64,000 nucleotides of DNA from Phycisphaeraceae bacterium (GCA_040905565.1 JBBDRF010000083.1:8277-72276), one strand, 5' to 3'; positions 46,947 through 57,085 are shown, counted from the first letter of the stretch. A program made the numbers and translations. Notes: generated by a model from the sequence alone, not told the origin.

Positions 46947-48416
46947 TTACTGGAGGAGTTGGAGGACGTTCTGGGCGCTGTTGTTGGCGGTGGTCAGAAC
47001 GTTGGTGCCGACACTGGTGAGGATCTGGGCACGCGTGAGTGCGGAAGTCTCCTTGGCGAAGTCGGCATCGCGGATGCGTGACTCTGCTGCGGAGAGGTTC
47101 TCAAGGGAGGTCTGAAGCGACCGCACATTCGTTTGAAGCGTGTTGCGTTCCATGGCACCGAGGCGACCTCGAGTGACGGAGACCTGTGTGATGGCATCAT
47201 CGATGATGCGACTGGCTTCAGCGGCGTTGCCGTTGGTCAGTGAGTTTTCACCGCCTGAGACGATGGAGCTGAGGTAGCCGCTGAGCGAGTTGCCCAAGCG
47301 GTTTGCGGACATGGACCCGATGCCGAAGTTCACCTGCTGTGAGCTTTCGACTTGGGGGCCGAGTTGGAACGTGGTTCCGCCGCCTGTGAGTGTGAAGCTT
47401 TCGGGGGAGCCGACGGTCTGCGCGAGCGTTTCGTCGAGTTCCATGTCGAGCTTGAGCGCATTGGTGTTGAGGGAGACGTTAAGGCCTTTGCCTTCGGCGA
47501 TGGAGCCGTTGATGAGGGCGGTCACGTCTTCGCCGGTGTCGCGGTTGGCGGCGGCGGCGGAAGCGCCGACGTCGTCGTGGGTTTCCCAGAATTCGCCACC
47601 GTCTGATCCGGGGACGCGCTGGACGGAGACGAAGGCATCGGTTCCGTAGCCGGTGCTTTCGAATTTGAGGGCGTCGTCGGTGCCGGCTTCGCCATCGACG
47701 ACCTCGGCGCGGACGCCTGTGGAATCGGTCGCACGGTTGATGGAGAAGGCGACGGCGCTGAGTGCGGTGCCTGAGGAGAACTGGAGTACGTCGACTCCTT
47801 TTTCTCCGGCCACTTCGAGCGTGACGGCACTGGGCAGCGTGGTGGCGCCGGTTGAGAGGAAGAGGCCGGCTTTCTGGGCGCTGGCGACGACTTCGACGTT
47901 GACGGGCAGGGTAGAGTCGCCGCCGAAGTTCGCGGAGTGGACGCGGACATCTTTGATCTTGTCAGGCGCGACGCCGCTGGTGACGTAGTCGAGTGAGCCG
48001 TCGAGCAGTTTAAGCCCGGCGAAGCTTGTGGTGTTGGCGATGCGTGTGATGGACTCGACGGCGGAGTCGATCTGAAGCTGATTGGCTTCGACCTCTTCGC
48101 GAGAGAGCCCGGCATCGTTGGCGGCTTCGATGGTCAACGCCTTGATGGAGTTGAGCAGAGAAGCGACTTCGGACATGGAAGCTTCGGCAGTGGAGAGCAC
48201 GTTTGTGGCGCGTTCTGCATTGTCGATCGCCTGGGTGATACCGCCGATTTCGCTGCGCATGCGCTCAGAGATGATGAGGCCGGCGGGGTCGTCGGAACTG
48301 TTATTGATCCGGACGCCGGTGCTGAGGCGCTGCAGCCTTACCTGCAGGTCATCGTTAGACCTGGCGAGGTTCTGTTGGGCGATAAGTGAGGAAACATTGG
48401 TGTTGATCCTAGCCAT
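46947..48416 (-). CDS. fliC: Flagellin
   Basis: MARINTNV...RLSTGVRIN..SDDPAGL; C-terminal AESRIRDADFAKE...VLQLLQ. Confidence 0.97.
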   Translation of the reverse strand: MARINTNVSSLIAQQNLARSNDDLQVRLQRLSTGVRINNSSDDPAGLIISERMRSEIGGITQAIDNAERATNVLSTAEASMSEVASLLNSIKALTIEAANDAGLSREEVEANQLQIDSAVESITRIANTTSFAGLKLLDGSLDYVTSGVAPDKIKDVRVHSANFGGDSTLPVNVEVVASAQKAGLFLSTGATTLPSAVTLEVAGEKGVDVLQFSSGTALSAVAFSINRATDSTGVRAEVVDGEAGTDDALKFESTGYGTDAFVSVQRVPGSDGGEFWETHDDVGASAAAANRDTGEDVTALINGSIAEGKGLNVSLNTNALKLDMELDETLAQTVGSPESFTLTGGGTTFQLGPQVESSQQVNFGIGSMSANRLGNSLSGYLSSIVSGGENSLTNGNAAEASRIIDDAITQVSVTRGRLGAMERNTLQTNVRSLQTSLENLSAAESRIRDADFAKETSALTRAQILTSVGTNVLTTANNSAQNVLQLLQ

Positions 48417-48417
48417 G

Positions 48418-48435
48418 ACAATCCTCCTTGATTGC
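48418..48435 (-). promoter_or_regulatory. CsrA-type site: SD held in a hexaloop hairpin at the fliC start
   Basis: Minus strand GCAATC-AAGGAG-GATTGT; contains CAAGGAGG, matching CANGGANG. Confidence 0.7.
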
Positions 48436-48548
48436 GGCTAAGGCCGGTACCTGGCGTTGATCATCGCCTTCGTTGGTGCCGGTTGAGGTGCTTGTGAGTC
48501 GCACGGCCCCGTGGGCCGCGCCGGCGCTCCTTCGCTCCGGATGCGTCT

Positions 48549-48815
48549 CTATTTATTCTGAGCGCCGCCGCGTTTGTCGCGGTCTTCAGGGCGCTTCAGT
48601 CTTTGCGTGGCTTTGTTCAGGTCTTCGAGTTTCACCTGTGAGGCCTCTCTGTTTTCCCGCTTGATGGCCTCGTATACCTCCTTGCGGTGGACGGGGACAT
48701 TGGCGGGTGCGGATATTCCGAGGCGGACTTTATCGCCCCGGATGTCGACGACGGTGATTTCGATGTCGTCGCCGATCATGATTGTTTCGTCGCGCTGACG
48801 GGAAAGCACGAGCAT
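48549..48815 (-). CDS. csrA: Translational regulator CsrA
   Basis: MLVLSRQRDETIMIGDDIEITVVDIRGDKVRLGISAP..VPVHRKEVY, plus the C-terminal extension (..EN..AS) seen in FliW-regulated CsrA. Confidence 0.97.
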   Translation of the reverse strand: MLVLSRQRDETIMIGDDIEITVVDIRGDKVRLGISAPANVPVHRKEVYEAIKRENREASQVKLEDLNKATQRLKRPEDRDKRGGAQNK

Positions 48816-48925
48816 GGTTGTAGCTCCTTCCGTGGAGTTGCGCAGGTGAGTGAGGGTCTGACCGCATCACTCACGGTACGCATATCGATCGGCTCCATCC
48901 GATCGTTTGCAAGGTGCCGCCGGGA

Positions 48926-49369
48926 CTACGCCGAGGCGGAGACAGAGCCGCCCAGATCCACCAGCGGTACCCGCGTGTGGAAGCGTCGATCGCTGAGGAC
49001 GAGCTGTTCGCCCGTTCGGCGTTCGGTGTGGACCACGAGCGGGCCCTGTAGGTTGCCCGTCAATTGGTTCCCGCGACGGTTGACGATGACGAAGACCTGC
49101 GCCTCGGCGAGCGAGGCCATGCCCATCTCCTCCATCTGGTCGGGCTTGAGCGGGACGACGTAGTCCTTCACGAACAGGCTGGGGTCGGTGACCACAAACG
49201 CCAGTTCGGGCACGTCGCATGCCTGAAGCCAGAAAAACTGCCCTTCATCGCCAGGCTGAATCAGCGCGAACTGTTTCGCCTGCGGGAAGCCGAGCACACC
49301 CTTGGGGAAGGTCAGCACGCGTTGCTGATCCACCTCCACCGGTCCGAATCTTGTTGTGTTGACGATCAT
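48926..49369 (-). CDS. fliW: Flagellar assembly factor / CsrA antagonist FliW
   Basis: TTRFG, FPKGVLGF, FFWLQA, LAFVVTDP, TGNLQGPLVV. Start at ATG 49369 with AGGAG SD. Confidence 0.93.
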   Translation of the reverse strand: MIVNTTRFGPVEVDQQRVLTFPKGVLGFPQAKQFALIQPGDEGQFFWLQACDVPELAFVVTDPSLFVKDYVVPLKPDQMEEMGMASLAEAQVFVIVNRRGNQLTGNLQGPLVVHTERRTGEQLVLSDRRFHTRVPLVDLGGSVSASA

Positions 49370-49481
49370 CACAACACTCCTGTCCAAGCGGCCATCCATC
49401 CGTGGATATTGCTCATTGCTGAGCAGCGACATCCTGTCACCGGTTCGGCCGATGAACCGGCGTAGTCAAGCGGTGAACCGT

Positions 49482-51410
49482 TCACCGCAGAAAGTCCAAA
49501 AGAGACGTCTGCATCAGTTGTTGCCCGCTCATCATGGTGGCTTGCAGCTGCTGCTGAAGCTTTGTGAATCGCGTGACGGCCTCGGAATAATCCGAATCCT
49601 GCAGATCCGAGAGCATCGACTCGGTTTGAAGACCGCGTTGGTCGATGCGGTTTTTTTCTGATTCGATCGCCTGGGCGCGGACGCCCTGCTGGGCGCGGAC
49701 GCCGGCGATTTTCCCGACGTCGACGCCGAGGTATTCGCCGGCTTCGGTGATCTTCTGTTCGTCGTTGTTGAGCAGCGCGTCGCGGAGCATCATCATGTGC
49801 GTGAGGACGCTGTCGGTGCGGATCTGGGCGACGTCGTCACCGGCGAGGGTGCTGCCGGCGACGGCTTTGTTGATGCCAAGATCTTCCGCGGCCCGGCTGC
49901 CGTTGATCGATTGAATCTGGAAGGGGTCGCCGGCAGCGAGGGCGCTGGTGAAGGTGAGGCCGTTGCCATCGCTTGCGAGCGCGACGGTGAGGTCGCCCGG
50001 TGCGAGGCCCGCGCCGGCAGCCGCGGCATCGATGGCGTCGATCGCCTGCTGCACGGTCGTCAGGCCGTCGAGGTTGACCTCGAAGCTGGTCGCACCGTCG
50101 CCCATGCTGATGCGGAGATCGTTCTCGCCGTTTTCGCGGCGGACGCCCTTGCCGTGGTTGAGGTCGGCGAGTTCGGTGTCGCCTGCGTAGCTGCGGAGGC
50201 CGAGGTCGGTCGCGGTCGTGCCGCCTGCATTCTCGCCGACGCTGAGGTTCGTGCCGCTGACGGCGTTGATGAGGTTGAAGCCGGTGCCGGCGTCGTTGAT
50301 TTCCAGACGGACGCCGATGTCGGCCTGATCGACGACGTTCATCATGTCTTCGACGGTGTCGGCAGCGCTGAAATCGATGACGCGTGTATTGCCGCCGTTG
50401 GTGATTTTCAGGCCGCCCGCCCAGTCGATGGCGGCGCCGAGGTCGGTGAGCTGTGTGGCCTGGGTGAGGCGTGGGTTGATGGCGCCGCCTGCGATGGTTT
50501 CATCGTCGTCGGCAGTGATATTGAGGCCAAGGTCCGCGGCGGTGATGCCCGTGCCGATGTCGGCAATTGCGATCGTTTCGCCGGCTTCCGCGGTGAGGCT
50601 GAAGCCGTCGGCTGTGACGCTGAGATCGCCGGCGGTGCCGAGGACGTTGTTGATACGATCGGTGACATCGCTGAGGCGTTCGACGCCTCGGAGGTCGACG
50701 TCGGTCGTGGTGCCGTTGACGGTGACGCGGACGGAACCGAGGTTGGTGCCGAGCCCGCGTGCGCCTTCGAGATCGCGGATGCGTGTTTCGCCGGTGGCCT
50801 GAACGTCGAGGTCGGCTTTGCCTTGGACTTGTGTGGAGAGCGCGCCGAACGCGCCGGCCCCGCTGGCGTTGAGGGCGTATTCAGAGTTGCCGATGTTCTG
50901 CGTGAGCGGATCGTGCGAGCCGAGGTATTCGATGCCGCCGAGGTGTTCGACGAACGGCTGCGTCGCAGCCTGCTCGCCGCCGAAGAGGTAGACATCCTGG
51001 AACTTCGTGTTGCCGACCTGCGTCACGGTATCGATGAGTGACTGGATGACGGCCGCTTCGCTCTTGCGGGTCTCGGCGTCGGACCCGATGCCGATCTGGC
51101 TGGACGCGATGGACGAGGCTTGGTTGATGAGTTCGGAGATCTCGGCAAGGCTCTGGTCGGCCATGGCGGCCGTGTTGCCGGCCGTGTCGAGGGCCTTCTT
51201 GTCCTTCTCGAACTGGGCGAGGATGTGCTGCATAGACTTGATGAGCCCGACGGACTCGGGTGCATCGGAGGGCTTGTTCACACGTTGACCGGTGGCCAGC
51301 TCTGTCTGGACGCGCAGCAGCTCGAGGTGCGTGCGCCTGAGATTCGACATCATCGAATCGGACGTCATCGCCGTGCTCGTGCGGGCCAGACTGGAGGGGA
51401 TGGTGGACAT
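49482..51410 (-). CDS. flgL: Hook-filament junction protein FlgL (long form)
   Basis: LATGQRVNKPSDAP, YLFGG, C-terminal LSDLQDSDYSEA...SLLDFLR; follows flgK. Confidence 0.9.
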   Translation of the reverse strand: MSTIPSSLARTSTAMTSDSMMSNLRRTHLELLRVQTELATGQRVNKPSDAPESVGLIKSMQHILAQFEKDKKALDTAGNTAAMADQSLAEISELINQASSIASSQIGIGSDAETRKSEAAVIQSLIDTVTQVGNTKFQDVYLFGGEQAATQPFVEHLGGIEYLGSHDPLTQNIGNSEYALNASGAGAFGALSTQVQGKADLDVQATGETRIRDLEGARGLGTNLGSVRVTVNGTTTDVDLRGVERLSDVTDRINNVLGTAGDLSVTADGFSLTAEAGETIAIADIGTGITAADLGLNITADDDETIAGGAINPRLTQATQLTDLGAAIDWAGGLKITNGGNTRVIDFSAADTVEDMMNVVDQADIGVRLEINDAGTGFNLINAVSGTNLSVGENAGGTTATDLGLRSYAGDTELADLNHGKGVRRENGENDLRISMGDGATSFEVNLDGLTTVQQAIDAIDAAAAGAGLAPGDLTVALASDGNGLTFTSALAAGDPFQIQSINGSRAAEDLGINKAVAGSTLAGDDVAQIRTDSVLTHMMMLRDALLNNDEQKITEAGEYLGVDVGKIAGVRAQQGVRAQAIESEKNRIDQRGLQTESMLSDLQDSDYSEAVTRFTKLQQQLQATMMSGQQLMQTSLLDFLR

Positions 51411-51432
51411 CGGTTAGCTCGTGTGTTCCTTG

Positions 51433-53127
51433 TTAGCGTGTCATGGTGAGGAGTGTTTGCATCATTTGGTCGACGACGCCGATGAACCGGGCCGCCCCCT
51501 GGAACGAACGTTGCCAGCTGAGCATGTCGATCGCTTCTTCGTCGACGTTGACGCCGCTGTGCGATTGCCACTGTGATTGCAGGCTTTCGGAGATCATGCC
51601 GGTCGCTTCGACCTGCTGCTGCGCGTGGCCGGCTCGGCTGGCGTAGCTTTCGACGTGGTGCGACCAGTGGCCCCGGAGGCTCGCGCCGCCGAGGGCGTCG
51701 AGTGGTTTGTTCAGCAGATCGGCGACGGCCTTGGCGGTGCGGTTGTCGCCTTGGACGTGGCCCTGTGCGATGGCGAGGTTGGCGGGTGTGTCGGCGAGAT
51801 GTTCGTTGACGCCCATGTCCGAAGCATTGGTGCCGGTGAAGAAGGTGTTCAGCCCGGCGGCGGCGAGCAGGCCCGACGTGTCTTCACTGAAGCTGACGCG
51901 GACATCGCTAGAAGCGCCGGCGATGTTCAGACGGCCGTCGACGGTGAGCGAGGCGTTGAGCATGTCGACGCTGTCGATGGCGGCGGCGATGTCGTCCATG
52001 GAGGTGCCGGCCGCGCTGTTACCGAGGTCGACCTCGATGCGGTGGGCGGTGCGCTGGCCGGATGGCTGGGTCACGTGAACCATGAACGAGCCGTTGCGCA
52101 CCTCGAAGGGAAGCCCGGCCTGGTCGAGTGCCGCGGCGGTGTCCTCCATGCCGTGGACGCTGGTGAGCTGTTCGAAGCCGCGCTCGGCCTGGCCGGAACT
52201 GTGGAGCTGATTGACCTGATAGATAAGCTGATGGGCGAGTGTGTCGAGCTGTTCGACGGCGTGGTCGACGTCCTGACTGCGGGTTTCCATCAGCTGCGTG
52301 ATCTTGCCGCTGGTTGGGCGGAGGATGTCGCCTTCGGTGGCGACGCGGAGGCGCGGCGTGAGGGTGTCGCCGTCGGCCTGGAAATCCATCTTCACGCCGC
52401 GGCTGTTCATGCCGAGCACGATGGGGGTGGAGCCGATGAAGACATCCATGGTGCCGGCGGGCTGTTCAACGGTGGAAATGTCAACGTACTGCGAGATTTC
52501 CTTGAGCACGCGATCGCGTTCGTCCCGCAGTGAATGAGCCCCGCCGGCCCCGCCCTCGACGCGATTGATCTGCTGGTTAAGTTCGGCGACCCGCTCGAGG
52601 AGCGTGTTCACGGTGTTGACGCCGGAGCGTAGCTGGGCGTCAACTTGCTCGCCGATGCCGACGGTGTCCTGACGCAATTGGCCGACGAATTCGCCGAGCG
52701 ACTTGGCCTCGGAAATGACGAGCCCTTTGAGTGAATCATCGGTCGGATTCGAGGCCACCTGCGACCATGATTCGAAGAAGCGTTCGAGGCGCTGACTGAG
52801 GCCTGCGTCGCCGAGGTCGTTCTGGATGGACTCGATCTGGCTGAGCACGTCGTGCTGAGCGAGCGCGGCATGGTGGTCGCTGTCGGCCGAACGCATGCGC
52901 TGATTGAGCGCTTCGTTGACCTGCCTGGCAATCTGTTCGATGCGGACGCCGGTGCCGACGAACGTGCCCGGCTGAATCTGCTGACTGGTGCCCGGCGTCG
53001 CGATGGCCTTCTGGCGCGTGTAGCCTTCGGTGGCGGCGTTGGCAAGGTTATTGCCGGTCACCTGCAGCGCCGTCTGGCTTGCGGTGAGTGCCGATCGACC
53101 AAGATGTAATGCGCCGGTGAGGCTCAT
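51433..53127 (-). CDS. flgK: Hook-associated protein FlgK
   Basis: VTGNNLANAATEGYTRQ, LRDERD, SGVNVDEEA. Confidence 0.95.
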   Translation of the reverse strand: MSLTGALHLGRSALTASQTALQVTGNNLANAATEGYTRQKAIATPGTSQQIQPGTFVGTGVRIEQIARQVNEALNQRMRSADSDHHAALAQHDVLSQIESIQNDLGDAGLSQRLERFFESWSQVASNPTDDSLKGLVISEAKSLGEFVGQLRQDTVGIGEQVDAQLRSGVNTVNTLLERVAELNQQINRVEGGAGGAHSLRDERDRVLKEISQYVDISTVEQPAGTMDVFIGSTPIVLGMNSRGVKMDFQADGDTLTPRLRVATEGDILRPTSGKITQLMETRSQDVDHAVEQLDTLAHQLIYQVNQLHSSGQAERGFEQLTSVHGMEDTAAALDQAGLPFEVRNGSFMVHVTQPSGQRTAHRIEVDLGNSAAGTSMDDIAAAIDSVDMLNASLTVDGRLNIAGASSDVRVSFSEDTSGLLAAAGLNTFFTGTNASDMGVNEHLADTPANLAIAQGHVQGDNRTAKAVADLLNKPLDALGGASLRGHWSHHVESYASRAGHAQQQVEATGMISESLQSQWQSHSGVNVDEEAIDMLSWQRSFQGAARFIGVVDQMMQTLLTMTR

Positions 53128-53139
53128 TGTCGGGTTCCG

Positions 53140-53640
53140 TCAGGCCGTGATGGAGATACTGTTCATGGAAACGGTCGCGGGGGAGACTGATCCGCGGCGG
53201 CCGTACGTGGCCCCGCCGATGACCTGCTGCACTTGCTGAACGATGCCCTGCACATGCCGAAGCAGCCCCTCGGCGGCGCGCTTGGAGACATCGTTCTCAC
53301 GCTGAATGGTCTGCATGGTCTGCCGCATTTTCTGGTGGAGCAGCAGCAGCTGGCCGCGGCGGGGTTCGTCGACGGCGTCGGCGATCTGCGTGATGCGGAG
53401 CGGCTCGTTGGCGGCGGGGCTCAGGCTTTGCGTGAGGTGCCCGACCGTCTGCTGCCGCTGCTTTTCAAGCTCGGCGATGTGCTGGATGTGTTCGTTCTCC
53501 AGCGTGCAGGTCTCGGCGACGAGGTCGGCCTGGCCCATGCGAATCGCCTGCTGTTTGCGGCGGACGAGGTCGAGAAGCGAGTCGTGCTTCGCGGCCATCA
53601 GTTCAAGCTGCGTGACCAGTTGTCTGAGCAGGTCATCCAT
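53140..53640 (-). CDS. flgN: FlgN-family export chaperone
   Basis: Helical 166-aa protein directly before flgK, with C-terminal TYGRRG. Confidence 0.8.
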   Translation of the reverse strand: MDDLLRQLVTQLELMAAKHDSLLDLVRRKQQAIRMGQADLVAETCTLENEHIQHIAELEKQRQQTVGHLTQSLSPAANEPLRITQIADAVDEPRRGQLLLLHQKMRQTMQTIQRENDVSKRAAEGLLRHVQGIVQQVQQVIGGATYGRRGSVSPATVSMNSISITA

Positions 53641-54040
53641 TGTGGTCCACCTCCGTGCCGAGGTTGGGGCTGATGTTGGGGCTGAGTTGAGCGGCGAACT
53701 TCTGGTAGACCGCTTCGACGACCGGCAGGTTCATCTGCGAGGCCATGCTGTCGGCGAGCTTTTCGTCGAGTTGGGCGGCGAAGATGTCTTCGCCCTGGCC
53801 GCCGTGGAAGAGGTCGCTTTTGAACGGATCGTCACGCATCATCTTCATCATGGGCATGAGAAACGCCTGGCTGACGAGCTGCTGGGCGGCTTTGCGGACT
53901 TCGCCACGGCTGCCGGTTTCGCCGGCGGCGGTGAGGGCGGATTCGAAATCCGCGCCGCCGACGGACGGACGCTGGCCTGCTTCATGCACGGACATGGCCG
54001 TGGCGGCAGGGTTCGGGATGGCGGCGGTGGTGAGGTTCAT
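53633..54040 (-). CDS. flgJ: FlgJ-like rod-binding protein without a muramidase domain
   Basis: VRKAAQQLVSQAFLMPMMKMMR...GGQGEDIF..QLDEKLA; follows flgI. Confidence 0.8.
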   Translation of the reverse strand: MNLTTAAIPNPAATAMSVHEAGQRPSVGGADFESALTAAGETGSRGEVRKAAQQLVSQAFLMPMMKMMRDDPFKSDLFHGGQGEDIFAAQLDEKLADSMASQMNLPVVEAVYQKFAAQLSPNISPNLGTEVDHNG

Positions 54041-55161
54041 CAATCTTCGCTTACCAGTTGGGCGTGCAGTTTTCCGCTGCGATGGATTTCACGGATGATG
54101 GCGATGCGGTCCTCGGCAGGGACCTTCAGTTGATTGAAGGCGTTGACGAGGTCGGCGAGCTTGGCGCCGCCGCGGGCTTGAGGATCGATGGCGACGAAGC
54201 CCTGACGATCGACCTCGGGATCTTCGATCGTCGGGTTCCGCTGGGGTGTGACGGTGGTGATGGTCATGCCTTTGTGGCTGATGACGACGGGCGAGATTTC
54301 GACGTTGTCTGTCATGACGATGGTGCCGGTGCGTTCGTTGATGACGACGCGGGCTTCAGTGCGGACCAGCGACGGGTCGAGTTGAAGCTCGAGGATCTGC
54401 GAGATGAACGGGCCGGGGTTCGCCATTTCGTTGTCGGGGATCTGGATGACGACGTTCTTCTGATCGAGTGCGATGGCGATGGGCGGCGCGTCGGGGGCCA
54501 TCAGGTCGTTCACGAGCGTGGCGACGGTGGTGGCCATGGGCCAGGTGGCGTTGGCGTCTTCGAGGACGAGGGTCATACGACCGCGGTCGTCGGTGAACTT
54601 GGAATAGATATCGCGGGTGAGGGTGGCGCCGTTATGGACGACGGCGGTGCGGGGGCTGGCGGTATCTTCAACGGTAATCGGACCCTCGGCGTAAGCGAAT
54701 ACCGGCGAACCGGGGAGCGGGCCGAGGATGGGGGTCATGACCAAGCGACCGCCTTCGAGGGAACTGGCGATGGGGGCGGCGAGGTTGACGTTGATCTTGT
54801 CGCCCTCGCGGACGCCGCTGCCTGGGGCGGTGGCGGAGAGGTAAACGATGGCGACGTTGCGGGCGTCTTCCATCTCGACGGGATCGACGAGCGGATCGCC
54901 GAGGCGGTTCATCATCGACGCGAGGCGGCGCATGGTGGTGGCTGAACGTTCACCATCACCTGTGCCGTTGAGGCCGATGACCAGGCCCATGCCGATGAGT
55001 CGGCTGGATTCGGCACCCTTGATGCGCGACATATCCTGCAACTGCACGGCGTGTGCGGCTGGCGTCGGCATCAGCATCGCCAACAGCAGCGCGACGACGG
55101 CCATCGTGCGGAGCGAGGCGGCGTGGGTTGTAAGGGTGAGCGTGTTCATCATGATTGCCAT
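54040..55161 (-). CDS. flgI: Flagellar P-ring protein FlgI
   Basis: LIGMGLVIGLNGTGD, SLEGGRL, ARVVINERTGTIV, GKLHAQL. Confidence 0.95.
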   Translation of the reverse strand: MAIMMNTLTLTTHAASLRTMAVVALLLAMLMPTPAAHAVQLQDMSRIKGAESSRLIGMGLVIGLNGTGDGERSATTMRRLASMMNRLGDPLVDPVEMEDARNVAIVYLSATAPGSGVREGDKINVNLAAPIASSLEGGRLVMTPILGPLPGSPVFAYAEGPITVEDTASPRTAVVHNGATLTRDIYSKFTDDRGRMTLVLEDANATWPMATTVATLVNDLMAPDAPPIAIALDQKNVVIQIPDNEMANPGPFISQILELQLDPSLVRTEARVVINERTGTIVMTDNVEISPVVISHKGMTITTVTPQRNPTIEDPEVDRQGFVAIDPQARGGAKLADLVNAFNQLKVPAEDRIAIIREIHRSGKLHAQLVSED

Positions 55162-55164
55162 CGT

Positions 55165-55986
55165 TTAGAAGTTGAGCACCGTATCGAGGAGGCGGGTGAG
55201 GATGCCTTTTTCCGACGACCGGCGCAGTTCGCCGGCGTGCTCACGCTCGACGCGAAGGTCGTACATTTGTGTGCTGAGGACGCTGTTGTCGCCGGTGATA
55301 TCGTCCGAGCGGGCGTAGCCGGTGACTATGATGGTTTGTGTTTCGCCATCGGTCCGGATGTGGGTGCGAGCTTCGAGGGCGAGGGTGCCGTTGGGCTTGA
55401 CATCAATGACGCGGGCGGTGAGGCGGGTGGTCATGCTGTCGCGTCGGGAGTAGTCGCCCTCGCCATCGAATTCGCTGGTGTGGCTGAGCCCAAATTCGGG
55501 GAGGTCTTCTTCGTCGCCGCCGCGTAGCTGGAAGTTCAGTAGATCCTCCAGCTGCAGACGAGGCATGGCTTCGATCTCGGAACCGACGGTGGTCTCTTTG
55601 CTGGTCGAGAGGCCTTGCGACGAACTCGCCTGGGTCTGCTCACGGATGATGATGGTGATGAGATCCTGCTGGGCGAAGTGGCGAGGCTCGGGCAGGCGAA
55701 CGGCGGCGTAAGAAACGGCCTGCAGTTCGCGATGAATGATGCGGCCCTTGACCTGCTCTTCAAGCTGCGGGCGCTGGGTCTGCTGCGACGGCTGCTGCAA
55801 GGCGTGCGGGCGCAGCTGGGGTCGCTGAGCGACTTGCCGTTGCATCTGCTGCTGGCGCTGCAGGGCGTTGGGCTCGGTGACGTAAAGCGAAGAGCTTTGC
55901 GCCGAAGCGGTATGGCCGACCGTGGCGAGGATGAAGCCGACGGCGAGGCCGAGGCGTGTTTGTTGATTGGTGCGTGCTGATTTCAT
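55165..55986 (-). CDS. flgH: Flagellar L-ring protein FlgH
   Basis: DLITIIIRE, TARVIDVKPNGTL, TGYARSDDI..DNSVLS, GILTR. Confidence 0.9.
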   Translation of the reverse strand: MKSARTNQQTRLGLAVGFILATVGHTASAQSSSLYVTEPNALQRQQQMQRQVAQRPQLRPHALQQPSQQTQRPQLEEQVKGRIIHRELQAVSYAAVRLPEPRHFAQQDLITIIIREQTQASSSQGLSTSKETTVGSEIEAMPRLQLEDLLNFQLRGGDEEDLPEFGLSHTSEFDGEGDYSRRDSMTTRLTARVIDVKPNGTLALEARTHIRTDGETQTIIVTGYARSDDITGDNSVLSTQMYDLRVEREHAGELRRSSEKGILTRLLDTVLNF

Positions 55987-57071
55987 TGCCCGTTCTCCTG
56001 CGCTGCGAGCGTGTCGGGCTCATCGAGATTCATGACCGCTTCCTGCGGGCCGGTGACGTGGGCGTAGAAGCGTTCGCGGGTGCGCTCGTTGCGGAGCAGG
56101 ATCATTTCACCTTGCTGACCGTCTTCCATCGCACGGCCGACGGTACGCAGCACGATGCCGCCGCTGATCGCTCGCACCGTGACGGCCTGGCCCCGCTTCA
56201 CGAGCAGCGGCGCTTCAACATCATTCACATACACCACGGCCCCCTCGCGGATCAGTCCGACGCTCTGCTTGCCGACCGCGGAATCAGCCGCACGTAACGG
56301 CGTCTTGCGGGAACTGGTGAGCGTGATCTGTTCGATCTTGAGGTCGTCTTCCGTAATGACCTGCCCGCGAGCGAGTGATCGGTGGGCGATGACGGCCGGC
56401 TGCTTGATAGTGACCTGCACGCGAAGGCGATCGGTGGCGGCCAGTGCGTCGCCGTCGTACCGGCGGACGGTGACGGGGACGCGGCCGATGGGATGCGAGC
56501 TGAGGGGCTCGAACTCAAGACGCTGCGCGCCGAGCGGGGCGTCGAGCAGCGGACCGTCGCTCTCTTCAAATTCGATGGTGACACTGACGTCGTCGCCGAA
56601 GTCGACCTGCTGCTTGATCCACTGATGCAGACGATGGCGAAGGGTGCGGCCGGCGGTGGCGTAAGGATTGTCGGCAGTGATGGCGGTGGCGGGGTTGGCC
56701 TCAGGGGCCGGGCGTGGCTGGTCCGGCTTCGAGTCAAGACGCTGCACGGTGACCTGCTGTGCGCCCCGGCAGATAAGCCGACCCCAGTGCACCTGCTTCT
56801 CATCAAGCTTGCGGCGGATCTGCTGCATCGAAATCTGCGTCGGCTTCTCGCCGATCTCCGTGATGACGATGGCGCTGAGCGACTGGGCGTATTCACCGCG
56901 TAATTGTGCGACGTCCTCGAGGGTGACTTCCGGGCCTGCGGCCTCGGCCTGGCTCCGCAGCGTGATCGAGTCGCCAACGGCGCGCACCTGCGACGGCGCT
57001 GCAAGCAGCACCATCAACATGGTCGTCGTCAGCAGCAGGATGTTTCGCGGTGTGTGTGCCATAATCGTCAC
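55983..57071 (-). CDS. flgA: P-ring assembly chaperone FlgA
   Basis: SAF domain (LARGQVITEDDL), LVKRGQAV, AMEDGQQGEMILLRN. Confidence 0.9.
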   Translation of the reverse strand: MTIMAHTPRNILLLTTTMLMVLLAAPSQVRAVGDSITLRSQAEAAGPEVTLEDVAQLRGEYAQSLSAIVITEIGEKPTQISMQQIRRKLDEKQVHWGRLICRGAQQVTVQRLDSKPDQPRPAPEANPATAITADNPYATAGRTLRHRLHQWIKQQVDFGDDVSVTIEFEESDGPLLDAPLGAQRLEFEPLSSHPIGRVPVTVRRYDGDALAATDRLRVQVTIKQPAVIAHRSLARGQVITEDDLKIEQITLTSSRKTPLRAADSAVGKQSVGLIREGAVVYVNDVEAPLLVKRGQAVTVRAISGGIVLRTVGRAMEDGQQGEMILLRNERTRERFYAHVTGPQEAVMNLDEPDTLAAQENGQ

Positions 57072-57085
57072 GTGCTTAAACGGTT

